Source: Eledone cirrhosa
Lineage: Eukaryota
NCBI GenBank assembly: GCA_964016885.1
Contig: OZ024744.1
Location: 115,196,001-115,260,000 of the forward strand
DNA: 64,000 nt
Direction: 5' to 3'
A model generated the notes under the pieces. It was given only the letters and a program-made list of their open reading frames with translations. It had not been told where the DNA came from and made no database searches. The translations under genes and the position numbers were made by a program. Every line of letters starts with the position of its first letter. The first letter of the stretch is position 1. Shown here piece by piece: positions 1 to 13,510 of this stretch.

Positions 1-52
<52 letters not shown>

Positions 53-204
53 ATGATATGTTACTAGTTAAGACCAATAAGACCATTGTTAAAGTTAGTA
101 CTCTATACTTTAAGAAAGTAAAGTAGAGTGTAGGTAATATGATTTTCTGCCCTATGGTTGAACTCAAGGCAAAAAACACAAAATGATTCATTTATTAACA
201 TATT

Positions 205-2292
205 AGCAACATATAACAACATATAACATATAACAACACATAACATATAACAACACATAACATATAACAACACACAATAACATATAACAACACATAACAT
301 ATAACACACAATAACATATAACAACACATAACATATAACAACATATAACATATAACAACACACAATAACATATAACAACATATAACATATAACACACAAT
401 AACATATAACAACACATAACATATAACAACACATAACATATAACAACACATAACATATAACAACACACAATAACATATAACAACACATAACATATAACAC
501 ACAATAACATATAACAACATATAACATATAACAACACATAACATATAACAACACATAACATATAACAACACACAATAACATATAACAACACATAACATAT
601 AACAACACATAACATATAACAACACACAATAACATATAACAACACATAACATATAACAACACACAATAACATATAACAACACATAACATATAACAACACA
701 TAACATATAACAACACATAACATATAACAACACATAACATATAACAACACACAATAACATATAACAACACATAACATATAACAACACATAACATATAACA
801 ACACATAACATATAACAACACACAATAACATATAACAACACATAACATATAACAACACATAACATATAACAACACATAACATATAACAACACATAACATA
901 TAACACACAATAACATATAACAACACATAACATATAACAACACATAACATATAACAACATATAACATATAACAACACACAATAACATATAACAACACATA
1001 ACATATAACAACACACAATAACATATAACAACACATAACATATAACAACACACAACATATAACAACACATAACATATAACAACACACAATAACATATAAC
1101 AACACATAACATATAACAACACACAATAACATATAACAACACATAACATATAACAACACACAATAACATATAACAACACATAACATATAACAACACATAA
1201 CATATAACAACACACAATAACATATAACAACACATAACATATAACAACACATAACATATAACAACACATAACATATAACAACACAATAACATATAACAAC
1301 ACATAACATATAACAACACATAACATATAACAACACATAACATATAACAACACATAACATATAACACACAATAACATATAACAACACATAACATATAACA
1401 ACACATAATATATAACAACACATAACATATAACAACACATAACATATAACACACAATAACATATAACAACACAATAACATATAACAACACATAACATATA
1501 ACACACAATAACATATAACAACACATAACATATAACAACACATAACATATAACAACACACAATAACATATAACAACACATAACATATAACAACACACAAT
1601 AACATATAACAACACATAACATATAACAACACACAATAACATATAACAACACATAACATATAACAACACATAACATATAACAACACATAACATATAACAA
1701 CACATAACATATAACACACAATAACATATAACAACACATAACATATAACAACACATAACATATAACAACACATAACATATAACAACACATAACATATAAC
1801 ACACAATAACATATAACAACACATAACAACACATAACATATAACACACAATAACATATAACAACATATAACATATAACAACACATAACATATAACAACAC
1901 ATAACATATAACAACACAATAACATATAACAACACATAACATATAACAACACACAATAACATATAACAACACATAACATATAACAACACACAATAACATA
2001 TAACAACACATAACATATAACAACACACAATAACATATAACAACACATAACATATAACAACACACAATAACATATAACAACACATAACATATAACAACAC
2101 ACAATAACATATAACAACACAATAACACATAACAACACATAACATATAACAACACACAATAACATATAACAACACAATAACACATAACAACATATAACAT
2201 ATAACAACACACAATAACATATAACAACACAATAACACATAATAACAACACAATAACATATAACAACACAATAACAACATATAACAACATAT
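205..2292. repeat. Minisatellite, 17-bp unit AACATATAACAACACAT with 19/20/22-bp variants
   Basis: Direct tandem repetition; essentially no G on the + strand. Confidence 0.97.
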
Positions 2293-2609
2293 AAAATATA
2301 TAGAACAACATAACTAAATTCAAAAATTTCTTGTTAAAAATACTGAAAGAAAAATATCAATAATATAGTTATTGATATGGTTATATCAATAATATAGTTA
2401 TTGATATGGTTATATATCAATATTGTTAAATGTTGATCAACAGGTAAGAACATGAGAATGAAACTAAATAAATAGAGAGAGAGAGAGGCATAGGTTTATA
2501 CACTGAATATAAATATAATACAGAAGACCCTCCTACAGGCTGAAGCTGAAGCATATAGATATAGCATGCACCACCCCACCCCATCCCATCCACCCCCATG
2601 AGAACAAGC

Positions 2610-2981
2610 TGAAGTATACATACAAAATTATTAACCATCTTGCCAACAACAACCCTGAGTACCTTTTTGATTTCCATGTGTCTAACACACGTGGGCATGT
2701 CCACAAAGTCAGAAAACAGCACAGTTCTCATGACTTTCAGAAACATTTTTTCACGACCTGCATCAGTTGTTAGCTGTCGAGACAATGCATCCTTTAAAAC
2801 CTCCATGCTTCCCGAGATTCGCCAACACTACAACTAATGTTTCCCCTCCACACATATATACACATGTATATCATGACTCATACACTATTCACTTCCCTGA
2901 CATTTGTATATTATTCCATGTACTATACATGCACCTTTGACGAGTTGTAGTGCACCTGAGCACTTTGCACAATAATTTCAA

Positions 2982-3020
<39 letters not shown>
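2610..3020 (+). mobile_element. 3' end of a CR1/L2-group LINE with (ATT)n tail
   Basis: Broken reading SNTRGHVHKVRKQHSSHDFQKHFF...PASVVSCRDNASFKTSML matches the TRGH..K..FF..P..VV..FK C-terminus of CR1-group ORF2; followed by a short UTR and (ATT)n at 2982-3020. Confidence 0.75.
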
Positions 3021-3225
3021 CAATCACTTTAGAGAGGGCAGTGTGTACATTTTATGGCAGCATCTCTAGGGAGATTGTCTTGTTTGTAATATATATAGAG
3101 AGAGATAGACCAGGAACTGGGCAGAGGTGGTGAGAGCTGATCTCAAGTTACCAAGACATACAGAGGAGATGACAAAGGAATGTAGGGTGTGGAGAGATGA
3201 TGTGTTGAGAAGGACCTGTCCAACC

Positions 3226-4070
3226 CATGCCAAATACACATGCTTCACCAAGGAAATTATTACTTTCATCAGTTCCCCATTTTTGTTATGGATGGGAAGA
3301 TAAAGTTCTACTATTCTACTAGAGTGTTCTTATGAAAGGAGAAAGAATGAATGATATTAGCAGCTAAGTCAAGAAGATGTGCGTTGATAGGAGGGAGGTC
3401 ATTTACGTTGGTGGGGTAGATTCTACATTTAAGATGGAAAAATGTTGGCCAGTCCCATGATTTTCCTATCAAAAGCCACGGCCTTCCACCTCAAACACTT
3501 GATGACGTGCTCTACTTTTTGTAGTAGGAGATTCAAATATGTCTGGTTGGAAAGGATGCCTAAAAACATGCCTAAATATCCATGCAGCTGCAGCCGACAC
3601 GTGCTTAAATAGATACTCCATAATTGGTATAACTCGGACTAACAACTAGACAACAGCAAACCACAACCTGACACTCTCAACTTATCCACACCCAACACTA
3701 TAAAACTTTCTCTTCTATGATATTTTCTAATACACCAAGAATTGCTATAAAAGTAAACCCCTACTATGAAATTCTAAGCTCTATAATATCTAGCACCCAA
3801 CAAACCCTTTACGTATAAAAACCTGCTATATCTTTTCAGCACACATAATAGATTTCTCAAAATTAATTACAAATTCCTTCTATTTTGCACAAATCTAAAT
3901 AGATATCCCCCCCTCCCCCACCCACTGTATCTAACTCACAATCAAATCTTCCCAAGTTCTCTTGCCTTCCATAAGAACTCTCTAGTAGAACTTTAATCCT
4001 CCCATCCATAACAAAAATGGGGAACTGATGAAAGTAATAACTTCCTCAGTGAAACACGTGTATTCAACAT
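3226..4070. mobile_element. Fold-back element: ~120-bp inverted arms (3226-3347 / 3957-4070) carrying hammerhead motifs, PLE-like
   Basis: ttactttcatcagttccccatttttgttatggatggga (left arm) is the reverse complement of tcccatccataacaaaaatggggaactgatgaaagtaa (right arm). Confidence 0.8.
4022..4065 (+). ncRNA. Minimal type-I hammerhead ribozyme motif
   Basis: gaa-CTGATGA-aagt(aata)actt..-GAAA-CACGTG-TA-ttc: intact core, palindromic helix III ACACGTGT, short helix I gaa/ttc, imperfect junction after helix II. Confidence 0.65.
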
Positions 4071-4137
4071 ATATGAATGTTGCAAATTTAACCAAATTTT
4101 GTGTGTGTGTGCGTGTGTGTGTGTGTGTATATATATA

Positions 4138-4473
4138 GGCACATGGCTTAGTGGTTAGAGCATTGGCCTTGCAATCGAAAGGTTGTGAGTTCAATTCTCA
4201 GACCGGGTGATGTGTTGTTTCCTTGAGCAAGACACTTTATTTCACATTGCTCCAGTTTACTCAGCTGTAGAAACGAGATAAGGACTGAGGTCCATATCAT
4301 TCCACTGCAAAGTGGTCGTGGAGGTGCCATGGCAAAAAAACACCCAGCCCTCACTGTAAATGAGGTTGGTGTTAGGAAGAGCATCCAGCTGTAGAAATCA
4401 AGCCAGAATCAGTTCCCATCCCACCCTTGCAAGCAGGGAAAAAGCGGATGTAAAATGAAATGATGAATGATGA
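4138..4473 (+). mobile_element. tRNA-derived SINE (family A) with RTE-derived 3' tail
   Basis: A box tggcttagtgg, B box gagttcaattct, central ttccttgagcaagacactt motif, 3' gttaggaagagcatccagctgtagaa and a (TGA)-rich tail. Confidence 0.85.
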
Positions 4474-4515
4474 TATGCGTGTGTATATTATAATGTGTGT
4501 GTGTGTATATATATA

Positions 4516-4623
4516 TATTATAAAGAATCGGCACCCAGCGGCTGAGCTCTTGCTGTTTCAACAGCTAGTTCCAGCTGTTGAAACAGTAAGCGCTCAGCCA
4601 TCAGGTCCTGATTCTTTATAATA
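4516..4623. repeat. ~108-bp near-perfect hairpin beside (TA)n
   Basis: tattataaagaatc...ctgtttcaacagct / agctgttgaaacag...gattctttataata. Confidence 0.9.
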
Positions 4624-4749
4624 TAACCATAATCTACTATGCCAAGTATCCAGGAGTCTGTTGAGTAATGGTCTAACTAGTTTTAAACTGGTTCTATCCT
4701 GATATATGATGGACTCTCCCATTGATTCGACATATGAGAGTTCAACAGT

Positions 4750-7700
4750 CTTCTCAGTTCATTGTTTTATGTTTATGTCTTAAATGACACTTTAGTCCAG
4801 CTGCTGATTTACACATCAATCTACATTTGGTGCAGGTGACTGGATCTTGAACAGAACAGGCTGGAATGCCTGACCAGACTCTGGTGTCAGATCTTATCTC
4901 ACAGAGGTGGGATAAACAAGATTTCACAAAGTTCTTTATACCTCGTGGCAGAGAGTTCTCCACCTTTACAGTTGGCAGTCATGGCTTCAAACAAAGAAAG
5001 AAGTTCGTTGATGGATTTAAGATTGTACTTCAGTTTGTCCTTATATCGGAGTAGTGGCCTGCCCACACTATATGCACCATCCTGGAGCTGACTGTACAAC
5101 AACACCTTGGGTGTACGGACCTCAGACATCTGTAGGCCATGGCCAGCCGATCTGAGTTGGGATTGCATCAGAAATGACTCAATCCCACCAATGCTGCATC
5201 TTGTGAACTGTTCGGCATTGGAGGCTCTGTCAGAAAGTTCATATCTACAGACAGAGTGAAGACAGCGTTTGTGGAAGACATCAAGCTTATGTATGTGAGG
5301 TAACGTGTCCATGACTCTGAGCCATATAAGGGTGTTGTCAGTACCACTGCACGATAAACTGCAACTTTTGTTTTCAGGGATAGATCTCTGACACTCCAAA
5401 GGCAGTGATGTAGTTTGCGAAAAGCATCAGTTGCTTTGGAGAGGTGATTAACAATCTCATCATCCAGGGATGCCAAGGTAAGTAAAGGAGCTCACATATT
5501 TCAGATCCTTGCCATCAATGGTGATGGGTGCAAGAGGATACCTTTCATCTGGCTACACCTGTTTAACACCTGGGAGATGGCTTTGGTTGATGTACCAAAG
5601 ATGATACTCGTTTGTGTGAGTGTTTTAGCCTCAAAACAAGATGGTTGAATAGCCCACCCGATGTATGGAACTCAAATTTGACACTAGTATCGAAATTGCC
5701 AGATGCCATGCTGGAGAATTAGAGAAAAGGACAAAGCAAAGAGGACAGGAGCCATGAAACAACCCTGCTTCGGGTTCAGAGCATTCACCATCTGACATAA
5801 CTGGTGCTTCCATGCCCTCATGGAAGGATATGATGATATTTAGCATATTATCAGGTATGTCAAGCTTTTTCAGGACTTTCCAAAGAGCTTTGCAATTGAC
5901 ATTGTCAAAGTCTTTAGTCGGGTCAATAAAAACCATAAACAGCTCCTGGTTCCTTTCATAAACCTTCTCTGTGACCTGGTGAAGAGAGAACATTATGACA
6001 ATAGTACCCCGACCAGAGCAGAAACACATTAATTTTCAGGATAGATATCGTCAACAAGTCTGGATGTAATTCTGTTGAGAATGACACGGTATCTTACCAG
6101 CAATAGTATCAGGATAGTATCTCACCAGCAATAGTATCAGGATAGTATCTTACCAGCAATAGTATCAGGATAGTAACTTACCAGCAATAGTATCAGGATA
6201 GTATCTTACCAGAGAAGGGAGATGTTGAGAGAGTTGTTGCTGATAGTTTTTTTTACCATTGTTTTTTAACAGGTGGATTATCGATGCATCTCTGAAGTCC
6301 CGGGGGACACTCTCAACTCTCCAGATCCCCAGAAATAGCTGAAGAAGCCTACGAACCAGTATTTTACCACCATATTTGAAGATCTCAGGTGGGATGCCAT
6401 CTTTACCAGGAGCCTAATTGGAGGATAGCTGCTTTTATTTCATTCAAGTTTGGGTTTAATGTTAATTCAGAGATCTCAGGCCTTTGTGGAATAGATGAAA
6501 TTACATCTTCATCGACCTTTGATTCTGCATTAAGGACTTCAAAGTGTTACTTCCAGTGAGTGAAAATCTCAGCTTTGTCTGTGTATAGGGTTGTTTCATC
6601 AGATAAAAGCACTAGACCTGCCTTCCCTCGGACCATACACTGCCTTGAGATCATTATAAAAGGTTCATGAGTCATTTTTATCAGCAGCTTCTACTTCAAC
6701 TGCTTTAGCCACCCACCAAGCATTCTTCATCTTCCAAAGTGAGGACTATACCTGCTGCTTGCAATCTTCATAGGCTATCTTTTTTGTTGCTGAGTTTTTA
6801 TCTCCAATCCAAATTCTGTGTAGGTTCTGGACATCCAAGCTGCCTCCATCAAACCAGTCCTGATGTTTTCTCATATGAAATCCTAATATCTCCACAGAGA
6901 CAGCATAGATCGCATCTTTGAGTACTTTCCAGGAGGCCTCAATGTCTTCAGAAATCTGGACAAAGTCGAGGGATGAGTCAAGCTTCGCAGAAACTTTCAG
7001 TCTCTCAACAACTGATCTTGGATGGGATAGGTGGCTTCTGAAGAGGGCTTTTGTTTGGAAGATTGAATGAAACTTTACTGCCCAGAAATGCATGATCCGA
7101 GAGATAACAAGAAGAGTGGAAAGAACAAATGATTTTAAAATCTTTTAAGTGACACCTGTGGGTGATGACATAGTCAATCATATGCCAGTCCTTGGATCTA
7201 GGATGCATCCATGTTGTTTTATGGCTTGCATGTTGTTGAAAGAATGCTGAGATGAAATTCTTTACAGAGTGAGAACAGCCTAAGTCCATTGGAGTTCGTA
7301 GCTCCGACTCCGTTAGATCCAAGGATGTTATGCCATGTTTGAAAGACATTTCCAACTCTAGCATTGGAATCTCTCCTTATGATCAGCCTGTTCTTGTTGG
7401 AAACAGAGGAGACCACTGTGTGAAGCTAGTCATAGAATATTTCAATCTCCTGCTCAGGTGAATAGAGAGTTGGGGCATAGCAACTTACTAGTGTAACAAA
7501 GGTGTTGTTTACTAAATCCAATGACAAGAGTCATTATGTGCTCACTGACACCTTTGGGGAATGATATTAGAGATTTGACAATGTCAGATCTGATGACAAA
7601 ACCAACACCCAATTGACGGTGGTCTTCTTCACTCTTTCCAGACCAGAAAACTGAGTAGTCCTCTCCCACTTCTTCCATTTGGGACATGGCAGGGAGTTGG

Positions 7701-7760
7701 GTCTCACTCACTGCAGAGACATCAACACTGTATCTGTTGAGTGCATTACAGATGAAGGCT
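4750..7760 (-). mobile_element. Decayed RTE (BovB-like, family B) LINE: APE endonuclease, RT and C-terminal C2H2 finger
   Basis: Fragmented ORFs: VSAVSETQLP/FWSGK/GVGFVI, TTWMHPRSKDWHMIDYVI, HQDWFD, FIDPTKDFD, LYGSESW, GRPLLRYKDKLK, CTKCRLMCKSAAGLKCHLRHKH; many stops and frameshifts. Confidence 0.92.
6089..6211. repeat. ~28-bp tandem repeat x4 inside the RTE
   Basis: gtatcttaccagcaatagtatcaggata repeated. Confidence 0.9.
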
Positions 7761-7849
7761 GATATATATATACACACACACACATATATATAAATATATA
7801 TATATATATGGAGGAAATTGTAGTTTACTTGAAGCCTTGCGTAATGAGG

Positions 7850-8169
7850 TATAAACGTTTGGAGTTGGAAGATCAAAACAATGCAGGTATGGATGTAGAA
7901 TATAAATACAAATGCAAAAGATATTGTTGACAATTAGTCTTTTACCTTAAATTTATTTGAATATCCTTAATTTTCGAGATAATATCTTTTCTTCAGAGGG
8001 AAGTAAAGGGGTTAATCCAGTGTTCTAATTAGCTTAGCAAGCTAATTAGAACTAATTAAGGATATTCAAATAAATTTAAGGTAAAAGACTAATTGTCAAC
8101 AATATCTTTTGCATTTGTATTTATATTCTATATCCATACTTGCATTGTCTTGGCCTTCCAACTCCAAAC

Positions 8170-8176
<7 letters not shown>
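7850..8176. mobile_element. Fold-back element, ~122-bp arms (7850-7972 / 8054-8176), flanked by (TA)n
   Basis: aaacgtttggagttggaag...gaatatccttaatt mirrors aattaaggatattc...cttccaactccaaacgttt; the spacer holds a 14-bp perfect hairpin at 8022-8052. Confidence 0.9.
7965..7999 (-). ncRNA. Minimal hammerhead motif
   Basis: Minus strand: cct-CTGAAGA-aaagatattatctc-GAAA-AT-TA-agg, followed shortly by AATAAA. Confidence 0.6.
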
Positions 8177-8224
<48 letters not shown>

Positions 8225-8225
<1 letters not shown>

Positions 8226-10425
8226 ACACCAAATGTGGTTAGAGCAGGTCTCCAGAGAGAAGAAGGGTGACTTAGTAGTTTAATAGTGGGGAGGAGACAA
8301 TTAAGACCATGAGACATGCATGGAAAGAATGGCAGAATGGGGAAAATAGGAGAGAAACTAGTGACAAGTATACTTTGAAAGGGAAGCAGAAAATAAAAAA
8401 TTTAAGAAGTTTTGTGATGTGAGGACCAAAGATGTGAGGTGTTCAGTATTGTGAGATAGTGTGATGTTGTGGGGGAGAAATGTGTCCCAGATGACAATGG
8501 TGCACTTGCTCTCACTGATGCTGAAAAGAAAGTAGCATGGAAGTGTCACTATGAGAGACTGATGAATGAGGAGAATAAATGGAAGGAAGATAATCTGCCC
8601 CAAGTAAACCCAACAAAGGAACCAGCTTTACAAGTAAGCAACAATGTAAAGAAATTAAGGATATGAAGACACAAAAGAAGCTAGACCATCAAGGAGAGTT
8701 GTTGAGATGCTGAAAACATCCTGGGTGGTGGGTTGTACCTTAATCACTCATATTGTAAACCAAGTTATTCAAAATGGTGTCATACCCAATGACTGGTGTA
8801 GCAGTAGCATCATAAACTGCTTCAAGGGCAAAGGAGAGGCACTAGACAGAAAACTATAAAGGCATTAAGTTGGTTGACCAGGTTATGAAGGTCACTGAAA
8901 GAGTCATAGCTCAGCTGATTAGAGAATATGTTGACATAGATGAGGTGCAGTTTGGGTTTGTGCCGGGGTACTACTGATGCTCTCTTCCTTGTGAGACAAC
9001 CACAGTAGTACCTAGTTAAAGCCACACTACTTGACATTTGTTAACCTAGTGAAGGCTTTTGATAGTCCCCTTTTTCATAATCTTGTGGGCTCTTAGAAAA
9101 CTAGTAGATGAGTGGCTTGTGAAGGCTGTACAAGCCATGTTTAGAGGAACAGTCAGCAAGGTTAGTATTAACAATGAATATAGTGAGGAGTTTAGTGTGC
9201 AGGTAGGTGTGCCTCAAATCTCTGTTCTTAGCCTTGTCTGTTTATTATTGTCCTACAGGCTATGACAGAAGACTGGCTGTCTATGGGAACTTCAGTATGC
9301 AGGTGACTTAAACCTTGTAGCTATGGCAAAATTAGAAAAGAAATTCCAAACCTGGAAGCATGGCCTAGAATCAAAAGGTCTTTAAGTCAACTTGGTAAAG
9401 TCTAAAGAGCTGGTACGTAGAAAGGAAAACAGCCCATGTCCCTTAAGGGAAATGGCTTTGTTCAGTAAAGGGAAGGAGTGGGTAGTAATTCCTACTAAAA
9501 GTTTTCCCTCAAAATGAAAGCCAGATTGTATGAAGCTTGTGTACAAACAGGAATGCTACATGGAAGTGGACCTCTGCAATATTTGCAGAGGAACTACAAA
9601 GATTGGGAAGAAATGAAGTTCACATGCTCTAATGGATGCGTAATAGTAGTGTGCACAAACAACAAAGCATCCTCGAACTGAGAGAGAAACTAGGCATAAG
9701 AGGAGTGTGGTGGTATAAACATGTGATGTGTATGGAGGATGGGAGCTGTAGAAAAAGGTGCAGGGCACTCAAAGTTGATGGAAATTATAGAACAGGAAGA
9801 CCTAGGAAAGCTTGAGATGAAGTGATAAAAGCTGACATTGTCCAATTAAACCTCACAAAGGCGATGGCACAGGATCAAGAGCTCTAGTGTCATGCTGTAC
9901 TACAGAAGACCCACCTTCCCATGTACACAAAATGAAATGAAACAAACATATAGAGGATACAATAGCCTGTACCAATCTTCTCTTCACCCCTCCTCATTCA
10001 CTCTCCACAGTCTTAATACTCGGCCCACACCAGCTAAATATCCCATCCTCATCGATGTCAAACTTGCTTACTTTTCTACCCCCTCCAAACCCTCAACCCT
10101 GATATACCTTGAATTCCCAACCCATGCATATAAAGTATGAAAAATGGACATGCTCTACATCTTATCTCCCACAATGCCATTACCATGACAAAAAACACTA
10201 AATCTACCCTGTAAGGTGGTCATATTGGTGACACAACAAAAAGCACCCAGTCCACATTGTAACATGGTTGATGTTATGAAGGGTATCCAGCTGTAGAAAC
10301 CAAGTCAAAATACACATCTGTATAAGCAAGACATGTTCACCTGACCTGACATTTCTCATAATGCAACAACTCCTCTAACCCATGCAAGCATAAAAAATAA
10401 ACATTAAAATATAATGATAATGAAG
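8225..10425 (+). mobile_element. Heavily decayed RTE LINE (family A), 5'-truncated, with 3' tail
   Basis: GEKCVPDDNG..AWKCHYERLMNEEN, DEWLVKAVQAM..FSVQVGV; tail gggtatccagctgtagaaac...aacccatgcaagc. Confidence 0.85.
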
Positions 10426-10919
10426 ATATATATATATACATATATATAAAATACTGGAACAAATACGGACAGTAGTCCCATCTCATCATTTGACTGCAAG
10501 AGATGGTTTTAGAGCTGTAAGGTTGATACAACTGGTTCACAAGGGACAGTAACAAATGGGTAAAGGACAAGTCTTTTGTCAATTCATGAATAAGAGAAAA
10601 GATGCAACTAACCCATGAGCTGCAACTAAAAAGAAGAGATACTGATGAGGCTCAACATATTAACCAAGGAGTAAAAGAGAAGGTGAAAGAGATAAAGAAT
10701 GTACAAACGTTGATAAAAGTTTCCTCCATTTCTTTCAACGCTAAGTCATTATGTGTAGAATATGTGGTGAGGTACAAGATATATATTTTGTCGCTTTTAT
10801 AACTTATAGAATCCAATAATATTGGGTGTATATTAATGTAAAGTGATGGTGTACACTTCTGTAGATCCTTCATGTGATTGGAAAAGGTTTATATCACTGA
10901 AGCTTTTCCTATAAATTGA

Positions 10920-11800
10920 ACCCAAACTGTTTCCCTAATTAGTTGCACAATAACTCTGTCACTTTCATAACTTAGTCCATTAGTTTTATTCCTCTATAGT
11001 TGCTCCTTTCTAGGGCATCACCTTTGCCCTTGTAGTAATTTATAATTGTACTGCTGCACTAATCATTGGATATGACACTGTCCTATATAAACCTGATTGA
11101 CTATGTGGGTGACTAGTTCAGCTCCTATTTCCACATAATTTCAACATCTTGGCACCTATCTCTGAGGGTCCAGCAGCTTTACCACTCCTTCATTGCTTCT
11201 ATGACCCTATAACTGTCTATTTTAATAGCTGGTCCCTCTGTTGGCTCAGTTGGGGTTTGTCTCTCTTCCTCCATTCCTTTCTCTCCATTCACCAACCTCT
11301 CAAAGTAACATTTCCAGGCCTCTTTCTTTTGAGTATCAGTGGTGTTAAGTACACCAGTGTCATTACAACACACTTTCCCCCTCACAACATCCTGATTCAC
11401 ACTGACACACTGCCTTGCAATGTGGAACACTTCACATCTTTGATCTTCATGTCATAAGAGTTTAGCAAACCTTTCAGCCTCTTTCCAAGCTATGTATACC
11501 TGTCATCTAGCTTCTCCCTTAGCTACCTGGTATTGGTCTCTGCTAACCCCATTTCTCCAGTATGCCTGTCTCTTGCCCTTAATGTCTCTACTTACTGTGT
11601 TGTACCACCACCAGGTCACCCTCTGTCTGACTGTTACTTTGCTCCAAGTCACAAGTCTCTTCAGTAACCTGTAGTAGGTTGTCACATAAGAACTTCCAAT
11701 TGTCCTCAATGTCATATATATCTAACTTGTCTCCCCTCTCATTATATGTATCCCCTAGAGTCTTTTTAAACCTATACTTAACAGAAAACTCCTTTCCACT
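10920..11800 (-). mobile_element. Decayed RTE family A fragment
   Basis: RVTWWWYNTV, EAWKCYFERLVN, KVTDRVIVQLIRE on the minus strand. Confidence 0.85.
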
Positions 11801-11993
11801 GGAAAGGGAGGGGGAGGTGCAATGACGATGGAGATGGTTGTTAAAGGTAAATATGACAAACATTTATGGGAGATGATGGAGCTGGCTGGGAAATAAAGTA
11901 AGAAAGACCTTAGCTTATTTAGCATCCATGTAGATCTGATGTGGGGGGAGGGGGATAGTGATTCTGAGAAAGAGAGGAGGGAAGTCATGACAT

Positions 11994-12029
<36 letters not shown>

Positions 12030-12124
12030 GAGAGAGAGAGAGAGAGAGAGGGGGAGAGAGAGAGAGATCTGATTGAATGAAAGTATGTCATTAAAGGTAA
12101 GCAGAATGAATATTTATGGGAGCA

Positions 12125-13475
12125 CACATATATATGTGTGAGTGTGTGTGTCTGTGTCTGTTACATATATATGTCTGTAGGGGAAGGGGTACACACACAT
12201 ACATATGTGTGTGTGTGTGTGTGTGTGTGTGTATGAGTGTGTGTGTCTGTGTCTGTTGCATATATATATATGTCTGTGGGGGAAGGGGTACACACACACA
12301 CATATGTGTGTGTGTGTGTGTGTGTGTATGAGTGTGTGTGTCTGTGTCTGTTGCGTATATATGTCTGTGGGGGAAGGGGTACACACACACACACACACAC
12401 ACATATGTGTGTGTGTGTATGAGTGTGTGTGTCTGTGTCTGTTGCGTATATATATGTCTGTGGGGGAAGGGGTACACATACACACACACACATATGTGTG
12501 TGTGTGTGTGTGTATGAGTGTGTGTGTCTGTGTCTGTTACATATATATGTCTGTGGGGGAAGGTGTACACACACACACACACACACATGTGTGTGTGTGT
12601 GTGTGTGTATGAGTGTGTGTGTCTGTGTCTGTTGCGTATATATATGTCTGTGGGGGAAGGGGTACACACACACACCACACACATATGTGTGTGTGTGTAT
12701 GAGTGTGTGTGTCTGTGTCTGTTGCGTATATATATGTCTGTGGGGGAAGGGGTACACACACACACACACACACATATGTGTGTGTGTGTGTATGATTGTG
12801 TGTGTCTGTGTCTGTTACATATATATATGTCTGTGGGGGAAGGGGTACACACACACACACACATATGTGTGTGTGTGTGTGTATGATTGTGTGTCTGTGT
12901 CTGTTACATATATATATGTCTGTGGGGGAAGGGGTACACACACACACACACACACATATGTGTGTGTGTGTGTATGATTGTGTGTCTGTGTCTGTTACAT
13001 ATATATGTCTGTGGGGGAAGGTGTACACACACACACACACACATATATGTGTGTGTGTGTGTATGATTGTGTGTCTGTGTCTGTTACATATATATGTCTG
13101 TGGGGGAAGGTGTACACACACACACACACACACACACACGTGTGTGTGTGTGTGTATGAGTGTGTGTGTCTGTGTCTGTTGCGTATATATGTCTGTGGGG
13201 GAAGGGGTACACACACACACACACACACACACATATATGTGTGTGTGTATATGAGTGTGTGTGTCTGTTGCGTATATATATGTCTGTGGGGGAAGGGGTA
13301 CACACACACACACACATATATATGTGTGTGTGTATGAGTGTGTGCGTTTGTGTCTGTTGCGTATATATATGTCTGTGGGGGAAGGGGTACACACACCCAC
13401 ACATGTGTGTGTGTGTGTGTATGAGTGTGTGTGTCTGTGTCTGTTGCGTATATATATGTCTGTGGGGGAAGGTGT

Positions 13476-13506
<31 letters not shown>

Positions 13507-13510
13507 CACA
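12125..13510. repeat. Composite minisatellite, ~90-bp unit x ~15
   Basis: Near-invariant gtctgtgggggaaggggta anchor plus variable (CA)n-TA-(TG)n and tctgtgtctgtt blocks. Confidence 0.95.

Noticed and set aside
103-2323. 700-aa Cys/Val/Tyr-rich ORFs in all three minus frames
   Set aside because: Translation of a 17-bp minisatellite that happens to lack stops; being open in every frame indicates an artefact.
4138-4210. tRNA gene
   Set aside because: The tRNA-like head is continuous with a SINE body and tail and is present in several copies; the same applies to family B heads.
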